Below are positions 56,438 to 64,000 of a stretch of 64,000 bases of DNA, in pieces. Where the stretch lies: the NCBI GenBank assembly GCA_020137815.1, contig CM035352.1:3844001-3908000 (forward strand), in the 5' to 3' direction. The translations under genes and the position numbers were made by a program. Position 1 is the first letter of the stretch, and each line of letters begins with the position of its first letter. Origin of the DNA: Hormiphora californensis. Lineage: Eukaryota; Animalia; Ctenophora. The notes beneath the pieces are model-generated. The model searched no databases. It had not been told where the DNA came from and saw only the letters and a program-made list of their open reading frames with translations.

Positions 56438-58210
56438 ATGATTTCTATTTTGCTTTCACTTCTTTTTACAGAGGGTATCTGCTCTGAACCATATTTTGTC
56501 GAAAGTGAAGCCTTGGTTATCACCGAAAAGGTATTGCATACATTGAAATAATTATATTATTCTTTCTTGGCTTATAATAACTGTGGCATTGCCTTGCTCG
56601 ACCCTGTTACACTGCGCCATACATTAGAGCATTTAAATAACTAGTGGCATCAGTAGCTCTCTGGAGTTGGATAGTGCCCAAACTGTGTAACGCCACTAAC
56701 ACTAACATACATAACTTTACTGCAGGTAGGTTTGGGCGAGGACAACAAGTTCTCTATTTGGTGTCCCCAGAGGCACTCCCTCACATCCTGTCACATCGAC
56801 CAGTTCGGGGTGTTCATCAAGTCATTGAATCCTGGTGTACATAGAGACGATATTTTTATGGGTTGCCAGGCAACACGTCTGAACAACAAACCGGAAATGC
56901 CGAAAGAACTGATGATGTCCATCACGTGTGTTCCCTGGCAACTAGAACACTGTGATATAGGGGACTGGCCGGAGGATAAAGACCGGTTATTCGTGAAGGA
57001 GGTGATAGCATATGACAGGGGGTTGGATGCTTCCGTTACCTGTCCCAGGGGCTTCAAAATGGTGGTCTGTGGTTTAACCGCTTTGGTGAGGTCATTCGAT
57101 AAGATAAATGTGGACGTGGGAACAAGTGGTAGGTTTTTGTTGCATGCCAATATATGTATGTTAATAAACAGGTATATGACGATAATATGTTAATAAAAAC
57201 AAATCTAACAGGATGTAATATAATTTAACTAAAATATATCTCTAGTTGATCCTCTAGTTTCAATAAAAAACTAAATATCTCTCAATACAGGACTCCTGCC
57301 GATAGTCGACAACTCCTGCTCCATTACCAACTGCGTTGAGCCGGGTTTCTACCCCAGCGGGACACCCTTCAACTGCAGTATAAAGGCGGTATGTATACCA
57401 GATTACTCTCTGCCACGGGAGGAGCTGTGCACGTGTCATGAGACGAACTGTACCACGTGTACACGCCGTATAGGAGAGATGGTGTGTGGGGAGTGGGACG
57501 AGGACTGCTTCTGGATACTATCACCGGGTGAGATCTGTGCTACGAATTGTGACGTACAATCAGAGATTGAAAATGGGTGTCATGATATCAACGAATGTAC
57601 TGATCCTGACGTGCCATGGCCGTGTGGTGATGGAGCCTGTATCAACCTTGATAAATCCTTCACGTGCAACTGCAGCAGGGATCCCTGTGTGGAGGAGGGG
57701 TGTAAAGGGGCCATGTGTGGAAGTAGCACGTGTCACTGGGACGATAAGAATGTGATGTGTGGGAATGAGGTACGGTTGTACACATGGGATGAGGACCACA
57801 TCACCAGAGTGAGCTGTGCCGGTGGAGCGGGGATGTACGTGCACAAGTGGTTTATTGGTAGTGAACTCCTTGCGGAGGGTGTTCGAATTGTTGAGGTGGA
57901 TCGGGGCGAGCTGGGAGAGGAGGGAGGGTTGATAACTTGTCTGGTGGTGTCCAGCTGGTCCCAAAGGAGTGGGAGAAATGCTGTGCATCTCAAGAAATGG
58001 GATCAGAGCGAAGCAAAGGAGGATAAAAAAGAGTTGAAAAAAGAGATGAGGAAGATCAAAAAGAAGAACAAGAAGAAGAAAGACGGAGAAACAGGAAAGA
58101 AGGACAAGAAAAAGAAGAAAGAAAAGAAGGAGAATGACGATAAGAAAAATAAAAGAAAGGAGAAGAAAAGAAAAAAGGAAGAAAAAGAACGAGTAATTTT
58201 TTCTAAGTAG
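56438..58210 (+). CDS. Secreted Cys-rich protein: resistin/PCSK9-CHRD-like modules, Ca-binding EGF, Ig-like segment, Lys-rich tail
   Basis: Phase-compatible exons 56438-56530, 56726-57128, 57291-58210; signal peptide MISILLSLLFTEGIC; CPQRHSLTSC, TCPRGFKMVVC; DINECT...CINLDKSFTCNC. Confidence 0.75.
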
Positions 58211-58347
58211 TGAAGTACTTGAGCTGTCAGCTGGAGGATTCCTCTCCCATACTCTGTGATACCGGACTAAATAATCGGATATGTACTTTAAAATATTGAG
58301 ATTTGATTGTGGAACTTTTTGACGAGATTGTAATATGCTTACAATTA

Positions 58348-58518
58348 CAGTCGGACCCCGATTTAGTGGCATCATCGGGGGGAAAAATCCTGCCACTAAA
58401 TCGGGGTGCCACTAAATCGGGTTCAAATAATGTTAATTTTCGTATATCGGGGGAACAAAATCCTGCCACTAAATCGGGGTGCCACTAAATCGGGGGCCAC
58501 TAAATCGGGGTCCGACTG
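58348..58518. mobile_element. Pogo/Tc1-type MITE with internal GCCACTAAATCGGGG repeats
   Basis: TA TSD; TIR CAGTCGGACCCCGATTTA. Confidence 0.85.
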
Positions 58519-58601
58519 TATTATATGTTTACAATTAAAGATCAATTATTGTGGTTCTTTGAATCGAATGATAGCATCATACGAACTGTATGGAATTCCA
58601 A

Positions 58602-58811
58602 TAGGGTAGCGACTGGCTATTTGAAATGGCGGCTAATTTGAAACACCCCCTCTATAACAGGCCAGCAGGTGCCCTAGATTTGGATTCAGTGGGCTTGGCA
58701 TGAGTTCTGACTAGCCCACTGATGTCTAAAATCCAAATCTGGTGCACCTGCTGGCCTGTATAGGGGGTGTTTCAAATTATCCGCCATTTCAAATAGCCAG
58801 TCGCTACCCTA
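58602..58811. mobile_element. Fully palindromic ~210-bp MITE
   Basis: TAGGGTAGCGACTGGCTATTTGAAATGGCGG and its reverse complement; TSD ambiguous. Confidence 0.8.
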
Positions 58812-58884
58812 TACAGTTGGCTCTCGATTCACCCGGAGTGCTGGTCCATTTAGGGTAAAAAATTTGGGGTTTGGACAAAGCAAT

Positions 58885-58984
58885 CTGTCAGAGCATTGGC
58901 CTGACCCGTTCTCGTTTCTCTCAAATTTCCGTTCTGCACGCGGAGCGCGCGAGAATTACTGTGGTCAGAGCATTGGCCTGACAG
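58885..58984. mobile_element. 100-bp micro-MITE (CTGTCAGAGCATT family)
   Basis: CTGTCAG...CTGACAG; perfect 8-bp TSD AAAGCAAT. Confidence 0.8.
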
Positions 58985-59320
58985 AAAGCAATTGGCACGG
59001 TAATTTGAGGTCCAGGGTATCAATAGAGGAGAGAGGGAATTCACAATATATTCCTGGCTCATTACCTGTTTTCGTCTCGTTGTTGTGTTAGCCAAGGCAT
59101 GCTAACTTCGGATCCACTTGTTAGTTCTGTCTCACTCCTCTCAAACATGACACCTGTGTGATGGAGTCATGTTAGTTCTGTCTCAAGCTCCGCTCGAACA
59201 TGTTTTTTGTTCCTGTGTGAGACAGGGTCGAGCAAGGCAATCGAACATGCCACCTGTGCAATCGTGTGATGGAGTTAGTCGTTGTATAGATCATGTTCCC
59301 AAATTACTGGGCATGCATGT

Positions 59321-60555
59321 GCTGTAGAGTGGGTGAAGTTTCATTTCTGTAACAAGTCTAGTTTTAAAAACTGGAGCAAATGACACCATATATGGGCATA
59401 CATACCAGGTGATTCCTGCCATTTCGATGTAGATGCCCCGTGACCCATTCTTCATTAAATCCTTGACATAAAGCTAATTAAAATCAGGGCTTTAACTTTT
59501 CAAAGAAGCAATAACTGTACGCACTTAACAGCAAAACACTTGTCCTGGGAAAGATCAAAGATTAAAGATATTTATCATTAAGAGTGCTACAACTTGCACC
59601 CTACATCGCTGATCTGTGCTACTAAATCCAACCACATCGAAATATACTTCAAGTCTACCCTGTCAGATCATTGGCGCGTGAGAGCTGTTGTCAGAGCATT
59701 TAATTGGCCTGCCAGCATCTACCCAAACATAAGTAAGGGCCCAGTTACAAAATTGGAAACTGGTAATGGTATTAGTTTCCAGTTCCCAGCTCCCAGTTAC
59801 GAATGACAGTGCTGACACTGCACACAGCGCTGCTTTAAATGCAATTCACATCGAAATTCGGTCACGTGATCGTAGATGACACACGCAGCATAGTTCATCA
59901 GGAGCTAGAAACTGGCGTCAGTTTCCAACCTGCTGTCAGTTTCCAATTTGTAACTGGAGCGTAACAACAAAAGCCCTCACTTTGGCCTGAATTAGTAAAA
60001 TGATCATTTATATGTTTACAAGTTTTTTCCCGCAGCAATTACTCCACCCCTATGACCGTGGCAAATTTCACACAACTCAAATGAGGGTCTTTTTAGTGTG
60101 ATCGTATTATAATAATAACCAGTGGCGTTTTCCCACTCTCCAGTTTGTCTGTCCGCCATCGGCCAAGGGGTCCAAGTCCATTGTGCCTTGGTCAGGCATA
60201 GCAGAAAGACTGTGACTATGGTGGGCGACATTACCAAACGTTAAGAAACTTTGAGTACCAAAAATCTAGTAGTTTGTAATTTTTTCAGGCACATTTATAA
60301 TCAGACCATTTAAAAAGAATATCAATATTATATGCGGCCAATCACAGCGAGGTAACATATTCAATATAAGACCTATCACAGTGCGGCTAGGTATCATATT
60401 TAATATACGACCTATCTCAGCGAGATATCTTTTTATCAAAATGCTTTTTATCATGGTTGCACCTGCATTTTTTAATATACTAGCGCACCCATTGGGTGCG
60501 CCTCAAGTAAGGGCTTTTTGATAACCCACCCGGCTTCGCCGGGTGGTTCTTTTCG
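59321..60555. repeat. Segmental duplication unit 1 (direct copy at 61734-62965)
   Basis: Near-identical 1.2-kb units, each containing a Harbinger-like MITE (~59737-59961) and a Helitron-like end. Confidence 0.9.
60016..60237 (-). CDS. First exon of a small secreted protein (possibly C-type-lectin-like), copy 1
   Basis: MSPTIVTVFLLCLTKAQ signal peptide; YYYN...CEIC...GG; downstream exons near 59406-59473 not resolved. Confidence 0.45.
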   Translation of the reverse strand: MVMSPTIVTVFLLCLTKAQWTWTPWPMADRQTGEWENATGYYYNTITLKRPSFELCEICHGHRGGVIAAGKNL

Positions 60556-61149
60556 ATTACCTACAACTATGGCTCATGCAACTATGGCTCATAAAATCTA
60601 TGAGCCATAGATGCATGCAACTATGGCTCATAGATTTTTACTTATTAATGTAGCCCCAGTTTCTTCCCACAAAAGGTACCCTGCCGATCTCCGGTCCCCC
60701 ACCAGATGGTTAACCCCCGCACGAACAGATGTTTGATAAAGAGCATGAAGGTCACCACAACAGGGGCGCATAGTATACGTACCAGTTCGGTATGGGTTCC
60801 CAAAGTTAATCGCAAACGATAGTGCCGTCACTTCACCCGAGAGGCACCATTTGTGCACTACCACCTGCCTGTTTCCAGGCGTGTACCTCTGATCGGGGTA
60901 CAGTAGTAGGGTTCGGTCCATCGAGTCGTCATAGCAGCTATGATCGAGTCGACCCAGGTAGCGCTGTTCTTTCTGTTTTGCCAATCTAGCTGTGGGGGGC
61001 CAGTCCAAAGGCTAGTGACTTGGTTTGTATTGCGCTTTTGCTAGTTGCGGATTTGCTTCTGCCGTGATGGTTTTCAACAGACTCTACCTGATGAGATCAG
61101 GACTTTGCCAGTATGCACTTTTAAACTACCATTGGTATAGAGTCGTTTT

Positions 61150-61735
61150 GGTGGTAGCGTTATATTTTATTTGAATAGACCGGATTTGGTGACTACATTG
61201 GTGAGTTTCCTTAGTTCTAGTGGCTCGTCTTCATTGTATATGTTTTCTTTGATGTTTTGGTACTCTTGTGTGTCTGAGGTGGTCAGGTCAGGACAGTTTA
61301 GTAGTTTGTGTTTGGAGTTTTCTCTTGCCCCGCATAACTCACAGTTGGGTTTTATGGAACTGTCTCTGTGGGAGAGGGCACTTCCCAGGCCAGGTTGTTC
61401 TGGCCCGATATGGCTAGTGTCAGACTTCTCATTGTTTCCTTGTTTTTGATTGTTAGTTTTGTGTTTTCTTTAATAATCTTCCCGATAATCGTTGTAGTGA
61501 ACTCAGAGTACTTTTTTTTGTCTTTAGTTCAGCGATTATTCCTGTCTTGTGTTGTTGTTTCAGCTTTGCCGTTATTTGGCTCTTTGTTTGTCCCAGTGCA
61601 TTCTGGGTGTTTTTGCTGTTTGCAGTCGCTTGTTTTGCTATTTGATCTGCCCTCTCATTACCTTCTATGTTTGCAAGGGCCTTCACCTTTACTATTTCTA
61701 CGCCATTATCTCTTTGCAGTTTGTGTATACTTCGC
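61150..61735 (-). mobile_element. Degraded I/R1-group LINE fragment (RNase H plus CCHC finger)
   Basis: IEGNERADQIAKQA (RNase H); CELCGARENSKHKLLNC zinc finger; frameshifted. Confidence 0.7.
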
Positions 61736-62425
61736 TGTAGCGTGGGTGAAGTTTTATTTCTGTAACAACTCTAGTTTTAAAAACTGGAGCAAATGACACC
61801 ATATACATATAATATGGGCATACATACCAGGTGATTCCTGCCATTTCGATGTAGATGCCCCGTGACCCATTCTTCATTAAATCCTTGACATAAAGCTAAT
61901 TAAAATCGGGGCTTTAACTTTTCAAAGAAGCAATAACTGTAAGCACTTGTCCTGGGAAAGATCAAAGATTAAAGATCTTTATCATTAAGAGTGCTACAAC
62001 TTGCACCCTACATCGCTGATGTGCTACTAAATTCAACTCTACCATATCGAAATATACTTCACGTCTACCCTGTCAGATCATTGGCACGTGAGAGCTGTGG
62101 TCAGAGCATTTAATTGGCCTGCCAGCTTCTACCCAAACATAAGTAAGGGCCCAGTTACAAAATTGGAAACTGGTAATGGTATTAGTTTCCAGTTCCCAGC
62201 TGCCAGTTACGGATGACAGTGCTGAAACTGCACACAGCGCTGCTTTAAATGCAATTCACATCGAAATTCGGTCACGTGATCGTAGATGACACACGCAGCA
62301 TGGTTCGTCAGGAGCTAGAAACTGGCGTCAGTTTCCAACCTGCTGTCAGTTTCCAATTTGTAACTGGAGCGTAACAACAAAAGCCCACACTTTGGCCTGA
62401 ATTAGTAAAATGATCATTTATATGT

Positions 62426-62647
62426 TTACAAGTTTTTTCCCGCAGCAATTACTCCACCCCTATGACCGTGGCAAATTTCACACAACTCAAATGAGGGTCT
62501 TTTTAGTGTGATCGTATTATAATAATAACCAGTGGCGTTTTCCCACTCTCCAGTTTGTCTGTCCGCCATCGGCCAAGGGGTCCAAGTCCATTGTGCCTTG
62601 GTCAGGCATAGCAGAAAGACTGTGACTATGGTGGGCGACATTACCAA
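62426..62647 (-). CDS. First exon of small secreted protein, copy 2 (identical translation)
   Basis: Duplicate of 60016-60237. Confidence 0.45.
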   Translation of the reverse strand: MVMSPTIVTVFLLCLTKAQWTWTPWPMADRQTGEWENATGYYYNTITLKRPSFELCEICHGHRGGVIAAGKNL

Positions 62648-64000
62648 ACGTTAAGAAACTTTGAGTACCAAAAATCTAGTAGTTTGTAATTTTTTCAGGC
62701 ACATTTATAATCAGACCATTTAAAAAGAATATCGATATTATATGCGGCCAATCACAGCGAGGTAACATATTCAATATAAGACCTATCACAGTGCGGCTAG
62801 GTATCATATTTAATATACGACCTATCTCAGCGAGATATCTTTTTATCAAAATGCTTTTTATCATGGTTGCACCTGCATTTTTTAATATACTAGCGCACCC
62901 ATTGGGTGCGCCTCAAGTAAGGGCTTTTTGATAACCCACCCGGCTTCGCCGGGTGGTTCTTTTCGCCCCTTTCCACGTCAATAACACGGTTGCCATGGCA
63001 ACTGAATTGGTAATTATGGGGACTGGCATGTTAAAAGTCATTCGAAAATATTAACAAACTTCCACTGGAAGTTCCAAAAGTGTAAATGGCAGCTTTACAG
63101 CTTTGAGCACATAAAGTGTTTTATGAAGGAGCAGCCTGTCGCGTAGATACCGCTGAACGAACGACTTCGACTTCGATAATATAATAATAGACAACTCGTT
63201 TTGATTTTCCTTAATTTGAAAGGGACTGCAGTAGACTGCCTGCTCCTAGCACGGTGGGCGAAAAACAAAGGGTTGGGTCCAGGACCCACTTCTCGGATGT
63301 AGGAAGGAAAAAATGGAAAAAACTGGCTAAAAAGTTGGCAAACGCTGCTGGCAGCGCGGGATAAGGCAGCACTTTTCAAGCTAAAAAGTGGAAAAACGGA
63401 CAAAAAAGTGGAGAAACGACGTAAAATTTTTTGGAGAGAAATGGAAAATTTACAGCGCGCACAATGCAAATACACACATTGCGCGGCATTTTAGGCAACG
63501 GAATGTGCATTTTCTCGCGCTTTATTGTCATTACAGAGTCAAACCTCGGTTTATCGGATGGATTAATTTCCCACGATCGAGGACAATGTTTCACCTCGTA
63601 TTACATACCACATAAAAACCTAATGACAAAGTCTCTTATTTTACATATAAATTCAAATTGTAATTGAAAATCATTCACAGAAACGAAAAAGATAAGAATT
63701 CATATTGTCCAACTTCAAGCCTTCTATAAGTATGAATCCTACAATTATTACTTATTATATTATTTACGCTCCTCAACCATTCAATTGACACGGACAGGTG
63801 CCGATAGAAAAAGAAAAGATGTTACGCTCCACAGGCACAATGGGACTGGCATTGGAACCGTCCAACCACTACCAGGTTTTTATAAAACTTTTAATTCTGA
63901 ATTTCTCACGCTCTACCCACGCTCTAAACACAGCTGCTCTTAACCAGGTTCCAGTTAATTTTAAGGTTAGTATCAAACAAATTCTGTAGTTCATCATCAA

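Noticed and set aside
57560-58396. 278-aa minus-strand hydrophobic ORF
   Set aside because: Antisense shadow of the Lys-rich exon, starting in a MITE

Overview
Eukaryotic genomic DNA: intron-rich genes, (GA)n microsatellites and dense MITEs. It is most likely a ctenophore of the Pleurobrachia type; this rests on the SoxE HMG box and on my recollection of MITE-derived peptides such as NRPKQVNNQSELVI in P. bachei gene models, and was not checked by search. Genes assembled by hand from splice sites: a SID-1/SIDT-like gene running off the left edge (-); a class A GPCR (+); a single-pass membrane protein (-); an LDLa-MAM-EGF-sushi surface protein (+) with a nested antisense secreted gene; a SoxE transcription factor (-); a noisy FAM214/Atos-like gene (-); a tandem triplicated secreted beta-rich protein (+); a resistin/PCSK9-module-EGF-Lys-rich secreted protein (+); and a duplicated small secreted gene (-). 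Mobile DNA: five long foldback elements from three superfamilies (Tc1/mariner, piggyBac, Kolobok), 57-100 bp CTGT...ACAG elements with 8-bp TSDs, L2 and I-group LINE fragments, and Helitron-like ends. The most unusual signal is a set of three elements that share a branched cloverleaf hairpin with compensatory changes and asymmetric inverted repeats despite different sequences. Several patches look like low-quality consensus, so isolated frameshifts and stops may be artefacts.
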